Positions 1 to 9,036 of a stretch of DNA of 32,000 nucleotides are shown piece after piece. The translations under genes and the position numbers were made by a program. The stretch comes from Candidatus Lokiarchaeum ossiferum (GTDB taxonomy: Archaea; Asgardarchaeota; Lokiarchaeia; Sigyniarchaeales; Promethearchaeaceae), in assembly GCA_025839675.1 (NCBI GenBank), contig CP104013.1, forward strand, positions 1,470,001 to 1,502,000, read 5' to 3'. The notes under the pieces were generated by a model. It searched no databases. It was not told the DNA's origin and worked only from the letters and a program-made list of their open reading frames with translations. Positions within the stretch are counted from its first letter, which is position 1; each line of letters begins with the position of its first letter.

Positions 1-2
1 CT

Positions 3-1220
3 TCTATTTTAGTTGGAAATTCATTGTATCACAACCCAGATCGGAATGACATTCAAGAAAAAGCTCTAAAAGAGATTTATCGGGGAACGAAGGTCGGAGG
101 TATTGGAATCACCGAACCAGAACATGGCAGCGATGCAGTTAACATGAAGACTACGGCCAAAATTGCTGAAAATGGAGATATTACCTACAATGGAACCAAA
201 ATATACACCACTAATGGAGCAGTGGCAGATTATTTCAGCACTTATGGAGTAACAGATATTTCAAACCCACGCCGTACTATGATGTTAACCTTATTCAAGC
301 GAGATGATCCGGGATTATCGACCGAAAGGTTACATATCCCAGCAGCTCATGGAGTAGGAATTGCGAAAGTAAACTATGACAATATTACCGTCACCAAAGA
401 TCGAATGATTGCACCACCAGGAGAAGGATACAAACGTTTATTCCGTGGTTTGACCCCAGAACGATTTGCCATTACAACTGGAACATTAGGAGGAGTGTGG
501 CACGCGTTAGCTACTGGAACCATTTATACCCAATTACGCCATCAATTTGGTAAGCCTTTATTCAAATATCAAGGTATCAGCCATGTTTTATCCGACACAT
601 ATTCCGAACTTTCGGCCTATACCGCTTTTGCAATGCAAATCGCAGACTTCTATGATAAAAAAGTGGGTGAAAAGATTCACCGAGGAGAAACACCTAACGC
701 CATGGATGAAGCCACGGTTGCAATTTTGGCAGCTCAAGGAAAATACTTAACCACCCGAATGTCCCATCGTGCCACCTATGAAATCGTACAGCTTATGGGA
801 GGACGTGGAGCAATCGACGAACCTGGTTCCAACAACATCATAAATCGGGGAGAAAATATCTCTAGGTTAATGGAAGTACTCGGAGGACATCGCAATATTC
901 AACGGATGATTATCGAAATGGGTCTTAAAGCATCCACCTCTATGGCTATCGGCAGCAATATCAAGAAAGCCAAACGAGAACAAGGAAAAGTGGAACAAAA
1001 TATCACTCAACTAGTAATGGCTCGTGCAGAAAAAATGCTCAGTGAAGAAGCACAATTTTTACCTGATGATGAAAAAGCCAATTTGAGCAATGCCGTGAAT
1101 AAATTAAAAGCCGCAGTCGAAACAAATAATAAAATTGAAATGGCGGCCTATGCTCGAGTATTACCCAAAGTTTTATCAAAAGCAGGAAAAGCAGTCTATA
1201 AAGCTAAAAAAGCACAATAA
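3..1220 (+). CDS. Acyl-CoA dehydrogenase family protein, 5'-truncated by the window edge, with a ~95-aa Lys/Ala-rich C-terminal extension
   Basis: The frame is open from nt 3 (no stop before the TTG at 24), so the N-terminal domain lies off-window. ACAD hallmarks: GITEPEHGSDA, YNGTKIYTTNGAVADYF, GEGYKRLFRGLTPERF, LMGGRGAIDE. The MCAD-type catalytic Glu position reads Gly (EVLGGHRNIQR), while a Glu sits in LTPER, as in IVD-type enzymes (from memory). Confidence 0.85.
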   Translation, partial: SILVGNSLYHNPDRNDIQEKALKEIYRGTKVGGIGITEPEHGSDAVNMKTTAKIAENGDITYNGTKIYTTNGAVADYFSTYGVTDISNPRRTMMLTLFKRDDPGLSTERLHIPAAHGVGIAKVNYDNITVTKDRMIAPPGEGYKRLFRGLTPERFAITTGTLGGVWHALATGTIYTQLRHQFGKPLFKYQGISHVLSDTYSELSAYTAFAMQIADFYDKKVGEKIHRGETPNAMDEATVAILAAQGKYLTTRMSHRATYEIVQLMGGRGAIDEPGSNNIINRGENISRLMEVLGGHRNIQRMIIEMGLKASTSMAIGSNIKKAKREQGKVEQNITQLVMARAEKMLSEEAQFLPDDEKANLSNAVNKLKAAVETNNKIEMAAYARVLPKVLSKAGKAVYKAKKAQ

Positions 1221-1225
1221 TTACC

Positions 1226-1266
1226 TTTTTTTGATTTTCTTTTTTCTCAAGTTTTTTCCGTTTTTT
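1226..1266 (+). terminator. Cluster of oligo-T tracts after the acyl-CoA dehydrogenase stop (archaeal-style termination signal)
   Basis: T7 at 1226-1232, followed by several T4-T6 runs and no strong hairpin. Confidence 0.4.
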
Positions 1267-1313
1267 CCCCCCTTATACTAAAAAAATATTAATTACATCT
1301 TAGCTATGATATG

Positions 1314-1321
1314 TATAAATA
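1314..1321 (+). promoter_or_regulatory. TATA-like box (TATAAATA) upstream of the giant membrane/coiled-coil gene
   Basis: TATAAATA ends 16 nt before the GTG at 1337. This spacing puts the exact start codon in doubt. Confidence 0.3.
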
Positions 1322-1336
1322 AGTAGAAATGATAGG

Positions 1337-4300
1337 GTGATATTTTTGGAAGAAAATAATGATCATGATCAAGAAAATGGAAATGATAAAGTAATCGACA
1401 CAGAAGATACACAAATAGACCAAGAAATTAAGCCTTCTGATGTTATTGAGGATGATTCACAAGTCGAAGAAGGAGAATCAACCCCAACAGACGATTCTGA
1501 TTCACAATGGGAAGCCACTTTAGAAGATAAAATGGGCTCCAAAAAAATGAAAAAAGCGTTAAAGAAGGAAAAACGCCAAGAATTCAAAGAAAAACTCCGC
1601 CTGAAGAAGCAAGAATTAAATGCGAAATCTGCTGAAAAAGTGGAAGGAGAATTATTAAAGGTGTTAGATAAAAAAGTTATTATCTATACAATTTTATTTT
1701 TGGTTGGTGCGGGACTGATTTTGTTCTTTGGAACAAATCAAAATAAACCTATAACTATCACAATCTCCTTTATTGCGATAATTGGGGTCTCTATGCTCTA
1801 TTTTCTCTCAAGGTTTCCAAAAATCCATGATTTGATGTTTTCCCAAGGACGTATATTTAGAAAAATTCTACTAAATATTTTCGCTTATGGAATTGGATTT
1901 GGAATTTATATGGCATTCATTTATGGATGGGATGAGTTTTGGGGAGAAAAGGCAGAATTTTTAGTTTTTGAATCCCTATTTGGACTACTTTTACCATTAA
2001 GTTTTTTCCTATGGAATGCAATTCAAATTTGGTTTGTAAAAAGCACAGTGGAAAATGTTGCAGTTAAATCTGAAGCAAAATTCAGAGTGAAAGCAGAAAC
2101 TAAGACAGATAAAAAGATCAATGCGAAAATTACACTTAAAAACACCATTTCTTTGGTAGTCCCATTTCTAATTCATATTGTGATAGTTATTCTTCTTCTA
2201 TTACTTGACCGAGAAAAGACCTTTACTACCTTGTTCCCAAATAGCACAGTGGATTTTACAGGATTTACTGGAAGATTTACAATAAATCCAATAGACCCTT
2301 TGGAAGAAACTTTACCTTTTAATTTCAGTCAATGGCTTGCTATTTATCCTAGTGAGAGAAGTAATTTTGGAGCATTTTTAATAGAATATTTCCCCGCTAT
2401 ATGGTGGGATAATGCAAAATTACAAGCATTTTTCTTATGGATAGTTTTAATCTTTATAATATTAATCGCCTTGACAATACGACAAGCAAAATTATTCAAA
2501 CAAAGTAAAGAAAACAATTCAAAAAATATATTTTCTGGGGTATTTTATTTGATATTCTTTATTTTCTTGTATTTGAAATTCTATTCCGTTTTCAATCTTG
2601 TAGTAAGTCTTACGGGTCTTGCCCAAGATGCGGCACCTGATCAAATTCCATTATTTTATCAAATTGTTGATTGGGCTTCAAGTTTCTTCTTAATGATAAT
2701 AACAATATTAAATTTGATACGAGGCTTTGGAAAAAAAATAAAAGGAGACACTTCAACTATATCGAAATATCGAAGAACCCTTCAAATGTTTATTTTTGTG
2801 TTAATCTATTGGGGAGGTCAATTTACATTAATCTCCAGCGGAATGGATCAAGCGAGCCTCAATCTTGCAACTTCACTATTGGTTTCTTGTATATATATAG
2901 GGTTTTATTACTGGTATTCAAGCTATGTCTTAGAACGTCGAGGTTTTATTCGCAAAAAATCATTCACTCGAGCGGAAACCAAAGAAATGATGTTGGAATT
3001 AAGTCAACGATATAAAAATAGATTGCTCCAAACCATTGAAAATGGAGAGATCATCCAGTCCACACTAAATGAATATTTACTTGAACAGAGGATTGTTTTG
3101 GAAGATGGAGAAGAAGAAGATGCTCAAGTTGACACAATGGAAGTGGAAGAAGAAGAAACCACACCGGTTACACGATTAGAGAAAGCTCAAATCCAATACG
3201 AAGAAGCCCGAAGTGAACTTGAAGCATTTGAGGCAGCGGTTGCCAAATTGAAGCAATCAAAGGAATATCTTAAAACTTTACAACCTAAAATAACTGCCGC
3301 CCAAAAACTTGTTGATGCACTCAAGCCAACCATTGATCGAGATTTTGATTTTGCTGAGGTAACTCATCAAGAGTGGTTAGAAAAATGCCAAGAGCAGGAA
3401 GATATTTTCAATAAAAGTGTTGTAAAACTAGATGCTTTCAAAAAACCGATCGAGCCAAAACCCCATAAAACTGCATCAGGTGAGATTGACCATGACGCAA
3501 CGGAACTACTAATGAAGGAGTATAATGAAAAATTTGCTCAATACCAGGTTTTAGAAAAGGATAAAGAAGTTAAAGAAGCAGCTTACAAAGAATGTAAGGC
3601 GAAGATGGAAAAACAGGCTGAAGAATGGACAAAATTACAAAAAGAGTTACAAGATGCCCAAGCTAAACGAGATTCATTGCATAATCTTACAACAACCAAA
3701 GACACCTTGGAAGCAGAAATAAAAGCATTAGAAAAAGACATTATCGTCTTGGAAGAACGAAAAAATGATGCTCAACCTTTATTAGATATTGCAGCAGCCT
3801 GGCTTGACAGCGCCACTACTGAAAATGAGAAATTTGAAGAATTGGAGGCAAAAATAGCAGAAGAAGAACAAGCCATTGAAAAGTTGCATAATGCCGAAAA
3901 AGTTCATCAACAAGCAGAAATGGATCTACAAACTGCTCAAGAGGAACTTGCATTAACAAAATCAATTGAAGAAAATCAAGCAGACATCGAGGCTGCTTTG
4001 GAAAAAATAGCCACTTTTGAAGCAAAAATCAAGGGAGCAGAAGCTATCCGATCAGATTGTAAACTCGCTTTTGAAGAAAAAACTGAAGCCCTTAATAATG
4101 CAAAGGAAGCCCACAGTGAAGCGAGCAATATTTTAGAAACGGCCCTTAAGCTTATTCAACAACGAGAAAAGGATCTGAAGAATGCCGAAGAGCATCTTCA
4201 AAAAGGAAAAACATTGAAAGCGGATTTAAAGCGTGCAAATGCAGAATTGGACACTTTAAAATCTCAACAAAATGAAAAAGCAAGTGTGGAGAATGTGGAA

Positions 4301-5119
4301 TCCACAATAAAGGATCATCAAGCCCAGTTAAAAGAATTTAAGAGCGATTTGAAGCTCGAAAAGAAACGTGATCCGATTAACCAAAGCAAAATTGATGAGT
4401 TCATCACCAAAATTAATGATTTAGAATCTCAGATCAAAGATGATAAAGCTCTTCTAAAAGAGGTCAAGGGAATTGCATCGGATGTTTCGAATCAAGCTAA
4501 GAAAGTGAGTCAAATTGAAGGAAGTCAGATCAATTTAGAAGAAGCCCAAGAACAAGTTACCAAATGTCAGAAATTAGTTGAGGAAGCTTCTGAAGCAAAA
4601 ATAGCACCAAGTAAAGTCAAAGAAGAAAAACTGGAAGAAATGCAACAAGCTCAGCATGACTATGATGTCGCTAAATTGAACTTGACTAATGCCGAAAGTG
4701 ATTTGAAGGATAATGAAAATGGTTTAGCTCAATCCCAAGGAGAGAAAGAGGCGGCGGAAGTTGCATTACAAACTCGTAAAGATGCAGAAGCAAAAGTGAA
4801 AGACACAACCCAAGAATTGAAAAACGCGAAGAAATTATTAACTAAAGCTCAAGAAAACCGGGACGTGGAAGAGCAGAATAAAATCGAGGCTCAACATACT
4901 TTTGATCTTAAGAAAGAAAATGCCGCTTTAGAGCGAGAAATCTTCAAAGCCCAAAAAGCGTTGAAAGAAGCTCATAAAACCTTTAAATTGGCCGTACGTA
5001 AGGCAGAAGCGAATGTTGTTGGGTGTGAACAAATACTACAGGATAAAATTGCTCATAAGAAAGAAGTTTTTGAATCACGGAAAAAGCCTGTGGTGGATTC
5101 ACCAGCTAAAGAAGTATAA
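1337..5119 (+). CDS. Giant (about 1260 aa) polytopic membrane protein with a long C-terminal coiled-coil tail; no family recognised
   Basis: Single uninterrupted ORF. An acidic then basic low-complexity N-terminus is followed by about 10 hydrophobic helices (aa ~115-545). From aa ~605 there is ~650 aa of E/K/A/Q-rich heptad-like sequence. The start is uncertain: GTG at 1337, TTG at 1346, and the first in-frame ATG at 1532. Confidence 0.8.
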   Translation: MIFLEENNDHDQENGNDKVIDTEDTQIDQEIKPSDVIEDDSQVEEGESTPTDDSDSQWEATLEDKMGSKKMKKALKKEKRQEFKEKLRLKKQELNAKSAEKVEGELLKVLDKKVIIYTILFLVGAGLILFFGTNQNKPITITISFIAIIGVSMLYFLSRFPKIHDLMFSQGRIFRKILLNIFAYGIGFGIYMAFIYGWDEFWGEKAEFLVFESLFGLLLPLSFFLWNAIQIWFVKSTVENVAVKSEAKFRVKAETKTDKKINAKITLKNTISLVVPFLIHIVIVILLLLLDREKTFTTLFPNSTVDFTGFTGRFTINPIDPLEETLPFNFSQWLAIYPSERSNFGAFLIEYFPAIWWDNAKLQAFFLWIVLIFIILIALTIRQAKLFKQSKENNSKNIFSGVFYLIFFIFLYLKFYSVFNLVVSLTGLAQDAAPDQIPLFYQIVDWASSFFLMIITILNLIRGFGKKIKGDTSTISKYRRTLQMFIFVLIYWGGQFTLISSGMDQASLNLATSLLVSCIYIGFYYWYSSYVLERRGFIRKKSFTRAETKEMMLELSQRYKNRLLQTIENGEIIQSTLNEYLLEQRIVLEDGEEEDAQVDTMEVEEEETTPVTRLEKAQIQYEEARSELEAFEAAVAKLKQSKEYLKTLQPKITAAQKLVDALKPTIDRDFDFAEVTHQEWLEKCQEQEDIFNKSVVKLDAFKKPIEPKPHKTASGEIDHDATELLMKEYNEKFAQYQVLEKDKEVKEAAYKECKAKMEKQAEEWTKLQKELQDAQAKRDSLHNLTTTKDTLEAEIKALEKDIIVLEERKNDAQPLLDIAAAWLDSATTENEKFEELEAKIAEEEQAIEKLHNAEKVHQQAEMDLQTAQEELALTKSIEENQADIEAALEKIATFEAKIKGAEAIRSDCKLAFEEKTEALNNAKEAHSEASNILETALKLIQQREKDLKNAEEHLQKGKTLKADLKRANAELDTLKSQQNEKASVENVESTIKDHQAQLKEFKSDLKLEKKRDPINQSKIDEFITKINDLESQIKDDKALLKEVKGIASDVSNQAKKVSQIEGSQINLEEAQEQVTKCQKLVEEASEAKIAPSKVKEEKLEEMQQAQHDYDVAKLNLTNAESDLKDNENGLAQSQGEKEAAEVALQTRKDAEAKVKDTTQELKNAKKLLTKAQENRDVEEQNKIEAQHTFDLKKENAALEREIFKAQKALKEAHKTFKLAVRKAEANVVGCEQILQDKIAHKKEVFESRKKPVVDSPAKEV

Positions 5120-5120
5120 A

Positions 5121-5158
5121 TTTTCTTTTTTTTTGATCTTTTTCATTTTTTCTTTCTT
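5121..5158 (+). terminator. Oligo-T tracts after the giant gene
   Basis: T9 at 5126-5134 plus further T runs immediately after the stop at 5117-5119. Confidence 0.4.
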
Positions 5159-5254
5159 TACTCTAAAAAAGCGTTTCAATTTATCAAGATGCAATTTAAT
5201 TAAGTTAAAAAATGAAAGATTGACATATACTTCTTGAATATTCATTAGAATTTC

Positions 5255-6151
5255 ATGGGGAAACATTCTATCAAGTTTGAAAATAGATTTATATTCCAAA
5301 AAAAATATAAAAATGCCATGGAAGATGGAAAAACCAAGCAGAAAAAAAAAGATTTTGTCGTAAAATTTTCAATGAAAGGGAAATTGTACACAATTACTCT
5401 CTTAACAATTGCGATTGTGGTCGGTTCAATAATTAATACTACGACTCTAGCTTCAGATTTACTTACTATTTCCATTTGGATCTGCATCTTGCTACTAGTG
5501 ATACAATTCATTATGTTAATTATTAACTATTTTTCAAAGAATAATGAAATTCTATTCCAAGAAGTTGAAAATTTAGAATTAAGCTTTCCACCAAAGAATA
5601 CCGATGATATTATTATTTTCCACGAAGATTTGAAGGAATTAAAAATAAACATATCTACATTAGGTGATCCTGCTGTATGGAAAACTCCAAAAAAATTAAC
5701 CGAATTAATGTCAAAATTGGAGATCAAATTCAAGAAATTTTTAGATGAGTTCATTACATCAATTCTTTTTGATCCAAAGCTTCAAAATAAGGATAAAATG
5801 AGAGAATTACAAAAAATTCTGAAGATTGAACATACAAAATTTACGGAAATTGCAACAAGATATATAGAAGTTGAGAATAATCTGTTTAATTTACTTAAAG
5901 AGCACTCATCCAATTTCAAACATATCCATTTAATTGAAATCATTAATTCAATTAATGTCCCAATTGAAGATTTAGAATTTTTTATCCAAATCTTCATAAA
6001 GCGTGAGTTAATGGATATTGCATATAATTCTACTAATAAAACAATTATATTTGAGAAACAATTAGATAATGAAATTGCTAATTTAACAAATTTATTTGAA
6101 AATTGGAAAAAAAATGAGTATAAAGGAAATAAAATCTTAAAAAAAATTTAA
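5255..6151 (+). CDS. Hypothetical membrane-anchored protein (2 predicted TM helices plus a helical cytoplasmic region with a winged-helix-like C-terminus)
   Basis: 298-aa ORF. Hydrophobic segments LYTITLLTIAIVVGSII and ISIWICILLLVIQFIMLII. The remainder is K/E/I/N-rich helical sequence. Alternative ATG starts lie at aa 22 and aa 40. Confidence 0.6.
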   Translation: MGKHSIKFENRFIFQKKYKNAMEDGKTKQKKKDFVVKFSMKGKLYTITLLTIAIVVGSIINTTTLASDLLTISIWICILLLVIQFIMLIINYFSKNNEILFQEVENLELSFPPKNTDDIIIFHEDLKELKINISTLGDPAVWKTPKKLTELMSKLEIKFKKFLDEFITSILFDPKLQNKDKMRELQKILKIEHTKFTEIATRYIEVENNLFNLLKEHSSNFKHIHLIEIINSINVPIEDLEFFIQIFIKRELMDIAYNSTNKTIIFEKQLDNEIANLTNLFENWKKNEYKGNKILKKI

Positions 6152-7212
6152 TTTTCTTGCCCATTAATTAAAATTTCATGAAGAAGCATTTCTAACCACA
6201 TCGGTAGCTTCAATGAACTCAAAGATCGTTCGGGATTTTTTTTCTTTCCAGGTTGTTCTGGGAATTTTCGTAAGCGATGTTCAATATATCGCACGATGAC
6301 ATCATGTTTAAGGGCATCGACAAGAGGTTCAATTATCACAATGTTCCGGAACACATCTAAAGCTTCTTGAGCCGCAATAGAGATTTCAGGAGCCCCATGA
6401 TCCAACATTCCAATTAAAGCAGAAATGGAGGTGGGATCTCGGATTTTCGAAAGACTTTCAATGGCAATTAAGATGAGATCTTCCGTATCGGTTTTTAAGA
6501 AGTCACAAAGCTGCGGAACCGCATCTTTGCATTTATATTCGCCAAGCATAAAAGCAGCGGCCCCTTGAACCTCCAATTCTTCATCATCCAATAATTCAAT
6601 AAGTTTGGCTTTCACTTCAGGATGACGATCATAAAAACCCGCACTAAGAGCAGCATTTTCTCTGACTTTGGGATTTTCATCATTAAATGCTTTCAAAAAT
6701 GACCCTGCAGCGGCCGGATTTGCAATCATTCCAATGGAATCTATGGCGTAATAACGATCTTGCCAATTATCAGAATCGATACAAGATTCTAAATGGGATG
6801 AAGCATTCTTGTCTCCAATATTTGCCAAGCTAGCCATGGCACAATAACGCACATCAGGTTCTTTATCATGCAAACTAGATATTAGTGGGGGGACTGCACG
6901 GTTATCTTTAGTCATTCCCAAAATCTCAATTGCTTGTTTGCGGACTTCCATATCTTCATCCCCTAACAGATCTATAATAGGCTGAACAATGGCTTCACCA
7001 AAAAATTCAGGTTGCATTAAAATATCTAAAATGGCGAGCTTAATATCTGAGTCAGGCAGAAGCAACCCCCGAAGAATTGCTTCCAGAGCATCCTCTTCAG
7101 ATGAAAGATTGCCTAATTCATAAACGGCTTGAATTTGTTCAATAGGATTATCACAACCAATTAGTTTTTCATAGATCGGTTGGATTTTGGGAGAAAAAGT
7201 TTGATTCACCAT
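6148..7212 (-). CDS. HEAT-repeat (PBS-lyase HEAT-like) protein
   Basis: Repeated units of the type D-x-D-x-x-VR-x-x-A-x-x-x-LG-x-I-x-D/N-x-x-A-V-x-x-L, for example DEDMEVRKQAIEILGMTKDNRAVPPLISSLHDKEPDVRYCAMASLANIGDKNA and NDENPKVRENAALSAG. Confidence 0.8.
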   Translation of the reverse strand: MVNQTFSPKIQPIYEKLIGCDNPIEQIQAVYELGNLSSEEDALEAILRGLLLPDSDIKLAILDILMQPEFFGEAIVQPIIDLLGDEDMEVRKQAIEILGMTKDNRAVPPLISSLHDKEPDVRYCAMASLANIGDKNASSHLESCIDSDNWQDRYYAIDSIGMIANPAAAGSFLKAFNDENPKVRENAALSAGFYDRHPEVKAKLIELLDDEELEVQGAAAFMLGEYKCKDAVPQLCDFLKTDTEDLILIAIESLSKIRDPTSISALIGMLDHGAPEISIAAQEALDVFRNIVIIEPLVDALKHDVIVRYIEHRLRKFPEQPGKKKNPERSLSSLKLPMWLEMLLHEILINGQEN

Positions 7213-7262
7213 ATACCTAATTTTTATTAGTTTTACAAATTAATAATACAATTGATATAAAT

Positions 7263-8189
7263 ATGCAATGGTGGATAATCGGACTTGCACTAATTATGGT
7301 CCTTGGAATGTGCCCCTTAATAGGGCGTTTGATATATAAAATGAATAATAAGGTGGCTTTCTTATTTTATTTGATCCTATCTCTTATCTTATCGGCAATA
7401 ATATTTATTATAACCGAGCATCCTTCATGGGATTCAATGGTCGAATTATGGGGGGACTATTTTGGATCCATAATTCAACTGAAAATTGTTTACATTTTCT
7501 CTTTTCTTACATATATCACAGCGGGAGTTGGAATAATTGGAGGTGTATTAGAATACGTAGGAGAGCATGCGGAATCTGCGGATGCATATAAGAAATATGA
7601 TAAGAAATCACCGATTAAATTATATATTTACTTCATAATCTATGGATACATTTTCTTATTTGCAATATTTGCTTTCTCTCAGTTTCTCTTTGTCTTTTTC
7701 CAATGGGAATTTCCAGGAACTTTATTAAATGAATTCTTCAGAGCTATGTTGTTCCATAATATCATACTTGCTTTAATTGGAAATATTTTGACAGCCATCA
7801 AAATATTTCGGTTTGGATTTTTCTCAGTTGAATTCTACCGATCCGAATTTCATCCTTCTGTAGCAGATATCGGTCCAAAATTACGAGGTTTTCGAAAATT
7901 TTCAGCTTGTATTGTCGGATCTATGGGAGTGTATATATGTTGCTTCATCTTGGTAATGGAACTTTTTCCAAATACAGCGGGAGAAACGGTTACGTTTGGA
8001 CGGTCCATTTACTTTTTAGCAGCAACAATCCAATCCATCTTATTTTACCTTCTGAAAGATAGATATGTGGATCAACTTAAACCGCTTTCAAAACAATATG
8101 ATTTGAAGGTGGGAACTGGATCTTATAATCCTTCTGAAAAAGAAGAAGCACTCAAGGAAAGCGATGAAGATTTGAAATTTATTGATTAA
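7263..8189 (+). CDS. Hypothetical polytopic membrane protein with an acidic C-terminal tail
   Basis: 308-aa ORF with about 7-8 long hydrophobic segments. No family motif recognised. Confidence 0.6.
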   Translation: MQWWIIGLALIMVLGMCPLIGRLIYKMNNKVAFLFYLILSLILSAIIFIITEHPSWDSMVELWGDYFGSIIQLKIVYIFSFLTYITAGVGIIGGVLEYVGEHAESADAYKKYDKKSPIKLYIYFIIYGYIFLFAIFAFSQFLFVFFQWEFPGTLLNEFFRAMLFHNIILALIGNILTAIKIFRFGFFSVEFYRSEFHPSVADIGPKLRGFRKFSACIVGSMGVYICCFILVMELFPNTAGETVTFGRSIYFLAATIQSILFYLLKDRYVDQLKPLSKQYDLKVGTGSYNPSEKEEALKESDEDLKFID

Positions 8190-8249
8190 TGATTAATTTA
8201 GTTACTCCTTGTCAGAAAGGTTTTTTTGGCTTTTTTCTCTAATTATTAC

Positions 8250-8750
8250 ATGGATGTTTTAGACTGTATTAAATCCAGAAGAAGCATTAGGAAATTTGAA
8301 AATCAATTGATACCCCAGGAAATCATAGAAGAAATTTTAGAATGTGGACGATGGGCCCCTTCTGGTGTGAATTTCCAACCTTGGAAAGTATTTGTTGTGT
8401 CAGATCCCAATGTCAAGGAAAAACTGGCAAAATGCACGAAACATAGTTCATTAATATTAAACGCACCCCATACTTTTGCCATCTTCTTAGATCAAACCAA
8501 ACAATATCATTATACTAAACATGTCCAGTCGATTGGCGCCTTTTTCCAGACCTTATTATTGGCACTTCATGCTAAAGGCTTGGGGGGAGTGTGGTTAGGA
8601 GAAATATACAACCAAAAAGACCAAGTAAGTGATGTTTTTGGGATCAACGATCCCCAATTGGAATTCATGGGAGCAATTGCATTTGGAAAACCTGCAGAAC
8701 AAGGGAAAAGTTCACGCAAGAAGGTATCTGAATTTGTGGTATGGTCCTGA
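8250..8750 (+). CDS. Nitroreductase-family (FMN-dependent) oxidoreductase
   Basis: N-terminal IKSRRSIRKF, then WAPSGVNFQPW and GLGGVWLG. The ATG at 8250 is preferred over the TTG at 8226 given in the ORF track, because the family normally starts just before the RRS(I/V)R motif. Confidence 0.8.
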   Translation: MDVLDCIKSRRSIRKFENQLIPQEIIEEILECGRWAPSGVNFQPWKVFVVSDPNVKEKLAKCTKHSSLILNAPHTFAIFLDQTKQYHYTKHVQSIGAFFQTLLLALHAKGLGGVWLGEIYNQKDQVSDVFGINDPQLEFMGAIAFGKPAEQGKSSRKKVSEFVVWS

Positions 8751-8776
8751 AAAAATTCATCAAAAAATTCTAAATA

Positions 8777-8795
8777 TGGGGTTTGTTTTACCCCA
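8777..8795 (+). other. Small hairpin (TGGGGT-N7-ACCCCA) downstream of the nitroreductase stop
   Basis: 6-bp GC-containing stem read directly from the sequence. It stands out in AT-rich surroundings. Function unknown. Confidence 0.25.
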
Positions 8796-9036
8796 CTAAA
8801 TTTATTTATTCAAAAATATCAGTAATTGAGAAAAATGATTACATGATTGTGGTTCTTTTTATTGATGTCGAAAATTGAGAAATTAGATACCATTTTTTAA
8901 AAAAAAAGACCGCAAGTTTGACTTTTTCTGACACAAAATTGGCATACGAAGTAGATTTTTCTTCAAGGAAGTGAGTGAGCTTGTTTGTTTTGTTAAAAAT
9001 CGTAAATTTTTTTATCGAATTTTCTATTTTTAAAGT

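Noticed and set aside
547-5511. Short ORFs from the six-frame track nested in or antisense to the ACAD, giant and downstream genes (547..750, 1369..1587, 2671..3015, 3816..4025, 5013..5237, 5099..5299, 5245..5511).
   Set aside because: All overlap long ORFs that have clear family motifs or coherent architecture. Their translations are low-complexity or hydrophobic junk (F/L/I/K/N-rich), as expected of shadow frames in AT-rich DNA, and they lack SD or TATA context.
8830-8940. A possible C/D-box sRNA in the nitroreductase-lpd spacer (UGAUG-like at ...attgatgtcg... and a CUGA downstream). A similar look was taken at 19860-19925 (ctga ... gatgaaagatga).
   Set aside because: The box sequences are imperfect (UGAUGU rather than UGAUGA). 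Spacing or order does not fit C-D'-C'-D, and there are no terminal stem complements. Such matches are expected by chance in AT-rich DNA.
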